From Phycisphaeraceae bacterium (GTDB lineage: Bacteria > Planctomycetota > Phycisphaerae > Phycisphaerales > Phycisphaeraceae): a DNA stretch of 64,000 nucleotides. The notes beneath the pieces were generated by a model, which made no database searches, was not told the origin of the DNA, and saw only the letters and a list, made by a program, of their open reading frames with translations. Location: NCBI GenBank assembly GCA_963674705.1, contig OY771506.1, positions 864,001 to 928,000 of the forward strand, read 5' to 3'. Shown here in pieces: positions 18,650 to 29,599 of this stretch; position 1 is the stretch's first letter; each line of letters opens with the position of its first letter. The position numbers were made by a program, and so were the translations under genes.

Positions 18650-20710
18650 ATGCAAAATAATATCCTTGGCGTACTAATTGGCCTGATGGTGTTGCTGGGT
18701 TACACAACAATCCTCGCGGCTGAAGACGGGCAACCGACATGGGAAACACTGATTAAGGTGAATCAGGTCAACAAGAAAGTCTCTGACTTCCCGGAGATAG
18801 AAGACTTTTCAACACCCGAATCAGCTTACGCCACGATCAACCGGCTATCCGCCACGGGTGATCAAAGTTTCTGGCAGCGCGTCAGCGTCAAACGTGTTGC
18901 ATCCCGGATGGACGCCAATGCGGCCCCGGTTCAACTTTCACCAGAAGTCGTCAAGGGCCGGTTACAGGCGAATATTGTCGAGGTCAGGCTATTTGATTCT
19001 CGCCTCGCCATGGTGATCGCCGAAGAATCTGCCAACGGCAAAACCGTCTTCGACATGCGCTCATTTGAACTTGAAGACAGCCAATGGAAAAACACGGGCA
19101 ATGATGTCAGTGGCGATCTGGACGAGGCACGCGCCCTGTTCGATATCCGCTGCTCGCGACTTATTCAACGCCCGTCCCGGCCCGCTATCGACAATCCCGA
19201 AGCTTACCTCAAAACGTTCACCGACTTTCTCGCTGAAAACGGACACGACCCGCACACGTTCGTCATGGATGCGTTGAAGGATCACAAACTCCTGATCATC
19301 GGCGAGGTACACCATCGGCCGATCTATTGGGCGTTTAACAGCTCGCTGGTTAGCGATCCGGAATTCGCGGACCACGTTGGAGCGATCTACCTGGAATTGC
19401 CTGCCAATCAACAGGAAACGGCCGACGCTTTCCTCGCTGAACCTGCCTGCCGCAAAGACCTGATTATCAAAATCCTGCGCGACATGATGTGGATGGGTTG
19501 GCCGGACCAACCGATGCTTGAGTTTTTCGAGGCGGTCTGGCACGCGAACGCCCAACTGCCGGAAGAAAAGAAGTTGCGCATCGTGCTGACGGATATGCAT
19601 CGGCCTTGGGACAAACTCGAAACACGAAAGGACTTCAGGCAATACCGCGTCGACCGCGATGAATTCATGGCAGAGCAGGTCATAAAAGATATCGAAAGCC
19701 GTCCCGATGATGATCGTGCGGGCCTGTTCATCGTCGGCGTCGGCCACACCGCGAAAGACTTCAAATTCTTCGGCAACCACCCGCACAAAACCGCGGGCTG
19801 GTACCTGACGCAGAAGTTCGGCAAAGAAAACGTCTATGCCATCATGCAACACCGATGCGTGATGACCAACAACGGCCAGGTCAACGGGCGCGTCTGCCTG
19901 GGGTTGTTTGAATCTGCGTTTGCAGCACAAAACAATAAACCCATCGCGTTCACGCTTGAGCAAGGCCCCTTCGGCGAGCAATCCTATCAAGCACAACCGG
20001 ACACGCCCGTGTTCAGCAAGTACCGTGACGGTTTTAATGCGTACCTCTATCTCGGACCATTGGAAGATGAGATTTTCTCGCCGCTGATCCCGGGTTTCTA
20101 TACCGACGAACATGTAAAAGAACTGGATAGACGTCATAAAATGCTATTCGGGCAAGGGTGGGCAGATGCGTACAACATGCCCAAAGCAGACGCCGAGTCT
20201 TTCATGGACTGGATGAGCGGCGAATATGGAAGCTGGGGCAAGCCCCGTGATTGGACACGCAACCTCGGGCCCATCGACGCCTGGGTCTACGGCGACAACT
20301 GGGAACATAAAATCCAACTCACCAAACACCGCGACGCACTCGAGCATCCGGATGAACTCACACAAGCCGCTGCAAAACTGTTCAACGCCATTCGCGACGC
20401 GGACTACGACAGCTTTGCCGGCGGCAAGAACTGGAACCACTTCCCAAGCGATGAAGTGGATTACCAGGTCAACCATGATTACCCCGGTTGGGTGGCATGG
20501 TCGTGCAAGACATTCGCAAGCAATCCGATTCAGGATGTGCAGATTGGCGAGGTGCTGTGGTCCGAAAAGGGCCTGCCGGCCGTCCGATACAGCATCACCT
20601 TAAATGACGGGAAAGTCCTGACAGGTGAACTGCCCTTCCGATACAACGCCAGACTAAATGGATGGAGCGGCATGGAAGGGATCGACTGGCACCTGCAGCC
20701 CCCGGATTGA
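18650..20710 (+). CDS. Secreted protein with central EreA/ChaN-like domain
   Basis: Signal peptide; LLIIGEVHH, IYLEL, DRDEFMAEQV, LFIVGVGH pattern of the EreA/ChaN/Tiki-like superfamily. Confidence 0.6.
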   Translation: MQNNILGVLIGLMVLLGYTTILAAEDGQPTWETLIKVNQVNKKVSDFPEIEDFSTPESAYATINRLSATGDQSFWQRVSVKRVASRMDANAAPVQLSPEVVKGRLQANIVEVRLFDSRLAMVIAEESANGKTVFDMRSFELEDSQWKNTGNDVSGDLDEARALFDIRCSRLIQRPSRPAIDNPEAYLKTFTDFLAENGHDPHTFVMDALKDHKLLIIGEVHHRPIYWAFNSSLVSDPEFADHVGAIYLELPANQQETADAFLAEPACRKDLIIKILRDMMWMGWPDQPMLEFFEAVWHANAQLPEEKKLRIVLTDMHRPWDKLETRKDFRQYRVDRDEFMAEQVIKDIESRPDDDRAGLFIVGVGHTAKDFKFFGNHPHKTAGWYLTQKFGKENVYAIMQHRCVMTNNGQVNGRVCLGLFESAFAAQNNKPIAFTLEQGPFGEQSYQAQPDTPVFSKYRDGFNAYLYLGPLEDEIFSPLIPGFYTDEHVKELDRRHKMLFGQGWADAYNMPKADAESFMDWMSGEYGSWGKPRDWTRNLGPIDAWVYGDNWEHKIQLTKHRDALEHPDELTQAAAKLFNAIRDADYDSFAGGKNWNHFPSDEVDYQVNHDYPGWVAWSCKTFASNPIQDVQIGEVLWSEKGLPAVRYSITLNDGKVLTGELPFRYNARLNGWSGMEGIDWHLQPPD

Positions 20711-20724
20711 GTACACCGTCTGAC

Positions 20725-21213
20725 TTACACCTGCCGCAACTCATACTCGATGACGTCATAAGCCGGATCGGGGCCGCCGGGGTGTCGCCCCACCTCAATA
20801 AACCCGGCCGCGGCATACATCCTGCGTGCCGGCTCGAAGAACGGCTGCTCGCCCGTAGAAACCCGAATGGTTTCGACCGATGCAAGACGATTGATCGCCT
20901 CATGCAACTGCTTCGTGCCAACACCCCGGCTTTGATATTCGGGCAATACACAGTTATGCCCGAGGCGCACGGATTGCGGCGCGTTTCTTGGATCATGTGA
21001 CATAAAACCGATTGGCTTGCCGTCCACTTCACTGATGAAAACCGCCCGACCGACGGTATCGAGATTGTCGAAGACCAACGTATCGAAGTCATCCCACTTC
21101 TGTGCTTCGGCCTGCCAAAGCGGGTTGCGTAGTAATGGCGCATAAGCCGCTTGCAGCATATGTGCCAGTTGGCCACGATCCTCAGGATGTAATACGCGAA
21201 TACGAATCAACAT
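20725..21213 (-). CDS. GNAT acetyltransferase
   Basis: CVLPEYQSRGVGTKQL acetyl-CoA motif, ARRMYAAAGF. Confidence 0.9.
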   Translation of the reverse strand: MLIRIRVLHPEDRGQLAHMLQAAYAPLLRNPLWQAEAQKWDDFDTLVFDNLDTVGRAVFISEVDGKPIGFMSHDPRNAPQSVRLGHNCVLPEYQSRGVGTKQLHEAINRLASVETIRVSTGEQPFFEPARRMYAAAGFIEVGRHPGGPDPAYDVIEYELRQV

Positions 21214-21325
21214 GCCGCCATGATCGAATCAGCGCGTGAATATATCAAGCGTTGGTGTGTATCAATATCTGTCAAATGAATATGACAGAGAGGTTGGCAT
21301 ATGGCCTCAAACCGACCGACAAGCA

Positions 21326-21700
21326 TCACCAATGCGATTCGTCTATGCCCGTCTGACCAATCTGATCAGTTACGCTGTCGTGCGATTCACGTGGCGAGTC
21401 GTCCAACCGATCAGTGCGATCTTCATTGAATTCGCGGTATTGCTCGAACCAGCCGGCGGCCCGGCGCAGCGATTCGACTCTCAGCCGGCAGGGACGCCAT
21501 TGGGCGTTTCGGCTACGTTCGATCAAACCAGCACGCTCGAGGACCTTCAAGTGTTTGCTGATCGCCGGGGCACTTAGATCAAACGGCCGCGACAACTCGG
21601 CGACGGTCATCTCGCCCCCGACCAACCGTGAAAGCATCTGCCGACGGGTAGGATCCGCCAGTGCACCGAACAGTGTGCTGAGTTGATCAGAGGTAACCAT
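21326..21700 (-). CDS. ArsR/SmtB-family transcriptional regulator
   Basis: FGALADPTRRQMLSRL..EMTVAELSRPFDLSAPAISKHLKVLERAGLI. Confidence 0.9.
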   Translation of the reverse strand: MVTSDQLSTLFGALADPTRRQMLSRLVGGEMTVAELSRPFDLSAPAISKHLKVLERAGLIERSRNAQWRPCRLRVESLRRAAGWFEQYREFNEDRTDRLDDSPRESHDSVTDQIGQTGIDESHW

Positions 21701-21759
21701 ATTCACCCATTAGTTAATTAACCGATTAGTTAATTATATAGGCAAATGGCAGATGTCAA
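21700..21759 (-). promoter_or_regulatory. sigma70-type promoter with tandem ArsR operator
   Basis: TTGACA at 21759-21754 (minus strand) and an AT-rich -10 region. Perfect TAATTAAC-N6-GTTAATTA at 21715-21736 plus a degenerate overlapping copy at 21700-21720. Confidence 0.7.
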
Positions 21760-21835
21760 GCACACGATAATTGTGACTCATCCAATCGGTCGTAAACTCT
21801 GTTGCATCAGATATTAAGCGGCCACAAACCTGACA

Positions 21836-24505
21836 CTACTCCACTTTCAGTTCGAAGTGGTATTTGCCGGGTTCAAGGGTTTGCGGCTCTCTTCCATTGG
21901 GGAATTCGACCGTCGCAGTGGTATTTGGCGGGACGATGACTTCCAGCTTGGCGACGCCTTTGTGCTTCGTCCAGCCGCTGGCGGCCAGGCCGTAGGGCGT
22001 GTCCAGTTCAGCCCGAGCGTGGTCGATCGGAGCGGAGACGAGCGGCCTGACGAAAAAGTGCTTGTAGCCCGGGTTGGCCGGGTCCGGAGCCAGACCAGCC
22101 AGACGCTCATAGAGGAATTGGCCGATCGCGCCGTAGGCATAGTGGTTGAACGAGTTCATGCCCGCATCCCCGAAGCCGTGCTCGTGGCTGTAGCTGTTCC
22201 ATCGTTCCCACATCGTGGTCGCCCCCTGGTGGATGGAATAGAACCACGAGGGATAGGTCTCCTTGAGCAGGACCTTGCAGGCAAGATCGGGGTAGCCGGC
22301 CTTATCCAGCTCGCTGACGATGAAGGGCGTCCCCAGGAAGCCGGTTCGCAGATGGTCATCAGCTTCATGCACGAGCCGGACCAGATTCTCCATCGCTTTG
22401 GGTTTCATCTCTGCCGGGATCAGGTCAAACGCGATCGCGAGTAGATACGCCGTCTGCGTCTCGGGCGCGTTCTGCAGCTTGCCATCGGCGTCAAAGTAAT
22501 GCCTGGCAAACGCCGACTTCACAGCGTTGGCCTCGTCTTCATAACGCTTCGCCTCATCGTTGCGCCCCAGCACACGCAGGCTGTTCGCAAGAATCTGCGC
22601 GCTATGTGCGTAATACGCGGTCGCGATCAGCGGAGCGGGGGTATCACCCTGTGTTTTTTCCGCGTAAGGTTGCAGCCAGTCGCCGAAGGCATTGATTTCC
22701 GGGATCAGTCCGTCCTTCGACTTCGATCGATAGTAGCCGACAAGCTTCTCCATCATCCCGATGTTGTCAGCCAAAAGCTCTTTATCGCCGGTGCGGACAT
22801 ACACCGCCCAGGGGATGATCGTCGCCGCGTCCATCCACCCCGGGCTACCGGCGTCTCCCTTCAATACATCTGGGATTACGTGCGGGATGCGCCCGTCTTC
22901 GACCTGATCGTCGCGCATCGATCCGAGCCAGCTCTTCCAGAATGCGTGGCAATCGTAGTTGAACATTGCGGTCGGGCAAAAGACCTGCGCATCACCGGTC
23001 CAGCCAAGACGTTCATCACGCTGCGGGCAGTCGGTCGGGATGTCGACGAAGTTGCCACGCTGGCCCCAGACGATGTTGCTCTGTAGCTGATTTAACAGAT
23101 CATGAGAAGATTCAAAGCGCCCGATGCGCTTCAGGTCTGAATGCAGGACGACACCTGTTACCCAATCCTTCTTAGGCTTCGCATTCTCAGGCAGACCGGA
23201 CAATTCCACATAGCGGAACCCGTGGAACGTGAAGTGCGGCTGCCAGGTAATCTTGCCCGACTTCGCGGCCGTATATGTATCGGTGCTTTTGGCCGATCGC
23301 AGGTTTGCGGTATAGATCGTGCCATCCTGGTTGAGCATCTCGACGTACCGTATCGTGATCGTCTGATCTTTCTCGACCGGCATATGGATCTTCGCCCAGC
23401 CAACGATGTTCTGCCCAAGATCGAAAACGAACTTACCCGGCAAGGGTTCAGACACACTCACCGCTTTAACCGTTTGTGTTTCTCGGACGACCGGGAAAGG
23501 CTTGGGCTTCATCCTGACATCACCCAGGTCGTCATCAGCAATGACAGGCGCCCAGCCATCTGCAACTCGGCGGGCGTCATAGGTTTCGCCATCGTATACG
23601 CTTGAACTTACCACAGGCCCGTTCAGTGCCGACTGCCAATCCTCATCCGATGTGACGATTTGTGTAGAGCCGTCCTTAAAAAGGATCTCCAGTTGCAGCA
23701 ATAATTCAGGCGTTTTGCCGTAATACCCGACCTGTTCCGCCCAGCCAATCCGGCCGCAGTACCAACCGTTGGCAATCATCACCTGAAGCTGGTTGTCGCC
23801 CTTCTTCACCAGATCCGTCACGTCATATGTCAACGTGTCCAGCCGATTGTGATAGGACGTCCAGCCGTTGGCGTAGTGATCGTCACCGACGCGTTGATCG
23901 TTCAGCGATACCTCAAACATCCCACGCGCTGCCACGTAAAGACGCGCACTTGCTACTTGATCCTTTGCTTCAAATGCCCGACACAGGTAAACAACCACTT
24001 CCTCTTTCGGATCGGGTGCGTTCGCCGCCTTGATCCACTTCGCCTGCCAGTCATCCTTGGATAGCAGACCCAACTCAATACTCACCGGCTTGCTCCAGCC
24101 GGACTCTACACCGTCCTGGTCCTTATAATTAACCCGCCACGTTACCTGTTCACGCGAATCAAAAGGCTTGCCGCCATAAGGCACGAGCACTGACTGATCG
24201 GATTCCACCCAACCACTGTCCCATAGCGTCTGTTCACCCGCCCCGGAGTTAACCTCGATGCGGTACGCAGTCTGTCGTTTCACCCCCTCTGCCAGCTTCC
24301 ACGAGAAGGTCGGCGTCGGATCGTGAAAACCGATCGGGTCAACAAAACCCTCGCCCGTAACAAGTGTGTGGGCCGGCCTTGTCCCGTGCGAAGCGCAAGC
24401 AGACATAAGCATTACTCCAGCGAACAGCAGCAGGCACCCGCACCACCGCTTTAGATTAAATGTATTGAGATGGACCTGAAACGATAACTTTGATTGTATA
24501 GACAT
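21836..24505 (-). CDS. Alpha-L-rhamnosidase (GH78), probable lipoprotein
   Basis: VFDLGQNIVGW, FTFHGFRYVE, DIPTDCPQRDERLGWTGDAQ, GATTMWERW, SFNHYAYGA; MSAC lipobox-like segment. Start uncertain. Confidence 0.93.
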   Translation of the reverse strand: MSIQSKLSFQVHLNTFNLKRWCGCLLLFAGVMLMSACASHGTRPAHTLVTGEGFVDPIGFHDPTPTFSWKLAEGVKRQTAYRIEVNSGAGEQTLWDSGWVESDQSVLVPYGGKPFDSREQVTWRVNYKDQDGVESGWSKPVSIELGLLSKDDWQAKWIKAANAPDPKEEVVVYLCRAFEAKDQVASARLYVAARGMFEVSLNDQRVGDDHYANGWTSYHNRLDTLTYDVTDLVKKGDNQLQVMIANGWYCGRIGWAEQVGYYGKTPELLLQLEILFKDGSTQIVTSDEDWQSALNGPVVSSSVYDGETYDARRVADGWAPVIADDDLGDVRMKPKPFPVVRETQTVKAVSVSEPLPGKFVFDLGQNIVGWAKIHMPVEKDQTITIRYVEMLNQDGTIYTANLRSAKSTDTYTAAKSGKITWQPHFTFHGFRYVELSGLPENAKPKKDWVTGVVLHSDLKRIGRFESSHDLLNQLQSNIVWGQRGNFVDIPTDCPQRDERLGWTGDAQVFCPTAMFNYDCHAFWKSWLGSMRDDQVEDGRIPHVIPDVLKGDAGSPGWMDAATIIPWAVYVRTGDKELLADNIGMMEKLVGYYRSKSKDGLIPEINAFGDWLQPYAEKTQGDTPAPLIATAYYAHSAQILANSLRVLGRNDEAKRYEDEANAVKSAFARHYFDADGKLQNAPETQTAYLLAIAFDLIPAEMKPKAMENLVRLVHEADDHLRTGFLGTPFIVSELDKAGYPDLACKVLLKETYPSWFYSIHQGATTMWERWNSYSHEHGFGDAGMNSFNHYAYGAIGQFLYERLAGLAPDPANPGYKHFFVRPLVSAPIDHARAELDTPYGLAASGWTKHKGVAKLEVIVPPNTTATVEFPNGREPQTLEPGKYHFELKVE

Positions 24506-24556
24506 GCCGACGATGATACGTCTTGCATTGCCATGGTTCAATCTGTCCAGACAAGA

Positions 24557-25522
24557 TCATCCGTAGACGACTTCGCGCACTTCGTCCTGGGCCTCGAACC
24601 ATTCGATGGTCTTCTTCAGGCCTTCCTCGAAACCTGTCTTGGCCTGCCAACCCATCGCTTCTTTGGCTTTGGATGTATCCAGGCATCGGCGGGGTTGGCC
24701 ATCCGGCTTGGTGGCATCCCATTCGATCTTGCCTTCGAACTTACAAAGCTTCGCGATCAGTTCGACCAGGTCCTTGATCTTGATCTCCATATTCGTACCG
24801 AGGTTGATCGGATCGGGTGTGTCGAGTTTTTCCGCCGCGGTAACGATGCCGTCGGCCGCATCTTCGACATAAAGAAACTCACGCGATGCGCTACCCGTGC
24901 CCCAGCAGACAATATGATCCGCACCGCTATCACGAGCTTCGACACACTTGCGGATCAGCGCGGGGATGACGTGGGATGATCTGGGGTCGAAGTTATCGTT
25001 CGGGCCGTAGAGGTTAACGGGCACGACGACGACGCCGTTCATGCCGTACTCGCGCTTGTAGCCGTCGAGCATGACAAATAACGCCTTCTTCGCCACGCCG
25101 TACGGCGCGTTGGTTTCTTCCGGGTACCCGTTCCAGAGTTCGGTTTCCTGGAAAGGTACGGGCGTGAACTTCGGGTACGCACAGACCGTGCCGGTGTGGA
25201 TGAACTTGTCCAGGCCGTGGATGCGCCCCTGCTCGATCAGGTGCATGCCCATGGCCATGTTGGCGAAGAAGAATCGGCCGGGGTGTTCGCGGTTCGCACC
25301 GATCCCCCCCACTTCCGCCGCGAGATGGATCACGACGTCCGGCTTCGCCTCCTTGTACATCCGCACGACCTCGGCCTCTTTGGTCAGATCGAAGTCGGGG
25401 TACAGCGGGACATAGATATTCTCTTCACAAACCCCCGCCTGCTTGAGCCGGGCCTGGACGTTGCGCCCAAGAAAGCCATCGCCGCCGGTGACACAGACAC
25501 GTTTATCTTTGAGGTAACTCAA
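24557..25522 (-). CDS. fcl: GDP-L-fucose synthase
   Basis: TGGDGFLG, IHLAAEVGGIGAN, CAYP, YGVAKK, PVNLYGPNDNF, SHVIPALIRK, WGTGSASREFLYV. Confidence 0.95.
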   Translation of the reverse strand: MSYLKDKRVCVTGGDGFLGRNVQARLKQAGVCEENIYVPLYPDFDLTKEAEVVRMYKEAKPDVVIHLAAEVGGIGANREHPGRFFFANMAMGMHLIEQGRIHGLDKFIHTGTVCAYPKFTPVPFQETELWNGYPEETNAPYGVAKKALFVMLDGYKREYGMNGVVVVPVNLYGPNDNFDPRSSHVIPALIRKCVEARDSGADHIVCWGTGSASREFLYVEDAADGIVTAAEKLDTPDPINLGTNMEIKIKDLVELIAKLCKFEGKIEWDATKPDGQPRRCLDTSKAKEAMGWQAKTGFEEGLKKTIEWFEAQDEVREVVYG

Positions 25523-25546
25523 CGCTGTCCTCCTAGTGGACCATAG

Positions 25547-25906
25547 TCAGCCTAGATTCAAGTCTTTAACAAAATTCAGGTCTGGGTGAATACACTCGCG
25601 AGCCAAACCCAACTCGTAACTAATCACATCAACAAGCACTTCCCAAACCAGTTCCGGAGTTGTATCAGCTTGGGTAAAGAACTTCATGCCACACTCGGGA
25701 CACCGTGAATCCCTCAAACCTCGCAATGAATACTTACAATTCCGGCAGATTTGAGCTTCGACTACGAAGTTTGATCGTGGGATCTCTTGAAGTACCAAAG
25801 CGTGTAATTTACCAACTGTATCAGCACGCGAAACCTCTTCATCAGGAAGCGAGATTCCAAACGAGTCCTCTACAGCCATCACGAGTTCAACTGAATCGAG
25901 ACCCAA
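25547..25906 (-). CDS. Circularly permuted acyl carrier protein with zinc-ribbon insert
   Basis: N-terminal (M)GLDSVELVMAVEDSFGISLPDEE..TVG; central CRNC..CPEC; C-terminal ACP helix-I-like segment ending FVKDLNLG. TTG start at 25906 or 25915. Confidence 0.7.
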   Translation of the reverse strand: MGLDSVELVMAVEDSFGISLPDEEVSRADTVGKLHALVLQEIPRSNFVVEAQICRNCKYSLRGLRDSRCPECGMKFFTQADTTPELVWEVLVDVISYELGLARECIHPDLNFVKDLNLG

Positions 25907-25923
25907 GATCGGCAATCCTTTAT

Positions 25924-25947
25924 GCCGCTAAGCCGCAAGCGGCTTGG
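25924..25947. repeat. Short REP-like GC palindrome
   Basis: GCCGCTAAGCCGC-AA-GCGGCTTGG hairpin between the gmd stop and the ACP gene. Confidence 0.4.
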
Positions 25948-27189
<1,242 letters not shown>

Positions 27190-27213
27190 CTACGTTGCAG
27201 GTCGGCAAAGGGT

Positions 27214-27942
27214 TCAGCCGCCATAGATACTGCAGCGCCCGGCAGCGAAGTCATGCCGCGTCGTGACCGCCGCGATGGTCCGTGCCAGCTTATCGCCGCC
27301 GATCGCCGAGGGCTCGATCGGGTTGGCGTAGTCCGCCGGTTTATCAAAGAGGATGCGCAGATCGATCACGGGTAAGCCGTGGCGGACCGCCGCTCGTGTG
27401 ATGATGTCGTTAAATGCGGTCAACGCCAATATAGAGACGCGCTGCTCGACCCCGTCAGCAAAGTTCGGGTCGTAAACAGTGCACACGGTAGTGGGCTTCT
27501 TCGCCGCCAGCACAGCATCGATCATCGTGTTGTAATTGCGTTCAAACTCATCACGCACACCAACCATATGCAATAAGGCCGACTGCACATCGCTCGCCGG
27601 CTTCGTTAACACGCCGCTTGCCTGTAAACCGTCGTTCCCGCCGACGCTGATCACGATGTGCGTTGCATCGTCCGGCAAACCCTTCAACTGGTTGACCACA
27701 TCCACCGTCGTGTCGCCATCCACCGCCAGCAGCGTCGCACGCCAACCGTCCGGCAGATGCTTGCGCAACTGATCGATTACGCCGGGCTCCCCCGGTTCGA
27801 CGTAAACCTGATTATCAAAAATGGAATCACCCAGCAGCACAACATGCCCGGCCTTGCGCGCACCGCTAGCACCAGAAGATAATGCAGCAACAACCGCAGC
27901 ACTTAAACTACTCATGATCATCTGCCTTCGTGAGAGTGACAT
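27214..27942 (-). CDS. SGNH/GDSL hydrolase with Tat signal peptide
   Basis: SRRQMI twin-arginine motif; VLLGDSIFDN, SVGGND, DYANPIEPS. Confidence 0.85.
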   Translation of the reverse strand: MSLSRRQMIMSSLSAAVVAALSSGASGARKAGHVVLLGDSIFDNQVYVEPGEPGVIDQLRKHLPDGWRATLLAVDGDTTVDVVNQLKGLPDDATHIVISVGGNDGLQASGVLTKPASDVQSALLHMVGVRDEFERNYNTMIDAVLAAKKPTTVCTVYDPNFADGVEQRVSILALTAFNDIITRAAVRHGLPVIDLRILFDKPADYANPIEPSAIGGDKLARTIAAVTTRHDFAAGRCSIYGG

Positions 27943-28086
27943 CAGTTAATACCCTCGTGAATGACAATACTATAGCACGCTCACGAGGACATTGTGCATT
28001 GATGCAAATGTTGATTGCATGGCAAAGCATCATGCAATCAGTTAGATATCTGATGCGAATCAAATGGATGCGAAAGCAACAATCAC

Positions 28087-29052
28087 TTACTTCGTTCGCC
28101 TTCTACCATACCAGGCGGCGCCGACAAGCAGGATCACACCGGCTACCGGTTCCGGAACCTGTGTGCCGGCAGCCGGGGGCGTACCGGCGTTCCAATTACT
28201 CAGCACAACATCCAGATCATCCAGGCCGACAAAACCGTCGTTCGTCGGGTCGGCGGCGGGATCGGCAGGTGGAACAGCAAGGTTCCAATTCGCCAACACG
28301 ATATCCAGATCGTCCAGGCCGACATAACCATCCTCGTTCAGGTCGCCGATGATCGGCGTGATGAAGCCTTGAGGTACACCAAAGGTGAAGTCGTCCGCGC
28401 CGAAGTAGATGCCTCCCTCAAGCACATTCTCTTCGTTGACTTGAAGTGTTCCGGTGAGGACAACATCCGTGAAGCCGTCCGGGTCTATAAAGCCGATGAA
28501 TTCGTGCCCGAAAGACGGGTTGTCGCCGGGATACATCGCGCCGAAACCGTGCAGGACATAGCCGGGCTCGTTCGCGGTTGTGCGGTTTTCAAAAAGGACG
28601 CCGACCGACTGACCATCGGGATTGGTATCGAACCAGCCGCCGATGCCATAGATCGGTGTGGCAGATGAGACGCGGATCGTTGTGGGATAGGCTTCACCGA
28701 AGTGGTTTTCGAATAATCCCCACTGCCCGCTTCGCGCCCAGTTGTTGTTTGTCGATAGCCCGTGCTGCCTGGTACTGTACAAACTGCCCCAGACATCCTT
28801 CGCGGCCGGCCCCCACAACAAACCCTGACTGAGCACGCTTGGCTCTGCGGCCGGGTCAACGACCGTAGAACGCGTGCCGTCCCACACGGACGACTCAAAC
28901 CCTTCGGTCACCGTGTCCAGCCCGAGCTGCGCAAGCCGAGCAAGATAATCCGCCTCAACCTTGTAACGCTCCACAGCAGACTGTGCCGGTTCATGAAGCA
29001 CGCAAACCGATGTAAAAACCACCACCGCCACCACGAGCCTTGATCGCCACAT
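28087..29052 (-). CDS. PEP-CTERM protein with dockerin-like repeat pair
   Basis: Signal peptide; GDLNEDGYVGLDDLDIVLANWN and ADPTNDGFVGLDDLDVVLSNWN; VPEP-TM-RRR tail. Confidence 0.88.
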   Translation of the reverse strand: MWRSRLVVAVVVFTSVCVLHEPAQSAVERYKVEADYLARLAQLGLDTVTEGFESSVWDGTRSTVVDPAAEPSVLSQGLLWGPAAKDVWGSLYSTRQHGLSTNNNWARSGQWGLFENHFGEAYPTTIRVSSATPIYGIGGWFDTNPDGQSVGVLFENRTTANEPGYVLHGFGAMYPGDNPSFGHEFIGFIDPDGFTDVVLTGTLQVNEENVLEGGIYFGADDFTFGVPQGFITPIIGDLNEDGYVGLDDLDIVLANWNLAVPPADPAADPTNDGFVGLDDLDVVLSNWNAGTPPAAGTQVPEPVAGVILLVGAAWYGRRRTK

Positions 29053-29184
29053 GGCATGCCTTTCTGAAATTGTCCATTACCGCCCAAACAAACGAGACGG
29101 CATTGTACCACGGGCATATGGCCTGCTCACGTATTTTTAGAAATAGCAAGATGTTAAAAAGAACTTGCCCGACACAGTCTGTAA

Positions 29185-29547
29185 TTAAGGCTTATTCAGA
29201 AAGATGAATGCGAAAACCGCGATAGTCACGATGACCAAGACGATCAGGATTACAATCGGTGTCCACATAGCGATCGTGCAACCGACGGGTGGTTTCATCG
29301 CATCTATTGGAATCTGACAGAGTTCGTTTGAAATCGACGCCAATGCATCGGCATTAAATTTGGGTTCATTACCCGCCTGAATCGATGCCGCCACAGCGTG
29401 AAGTTTATCCGCCGGCATGTTGTGATCGGACAGCATCAGGCTCTTAGCTTTGTCGTCCGGTTCTTCCGGCATGAAGTGACATTGCGGGCAGGGTGTGAAA
29501 GCGCCAACCTTCTCGGTACCACAGCGGATACAGATTGCCAATGTCAT
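29185..29547 (-). CDS. Hypothetical protein with N-terminal CxxC..CxxC and a C-terminal TM helix
   Basis: MTLAICIRCGTEKVGAFTPCPQC; hydrophobic C-terminus. Confidence 0.65.
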   Translation of the reverse strand: MTLAICIRCGTEKVGAFTPCPQCHFMPEEPDDKAKSLMLSDHNMPADKLHAVAASIQAGNEPKFNADALASISNELCQIPIDAMKPPVGCTIAMWTPIVILIVLVIVTIAVFAFIFLNKP

Positions 29548-29599
29548 TCGTATTCCCCGTATTCGTAGCGCATACGGCCAGATGTATAGATGTATGCAT

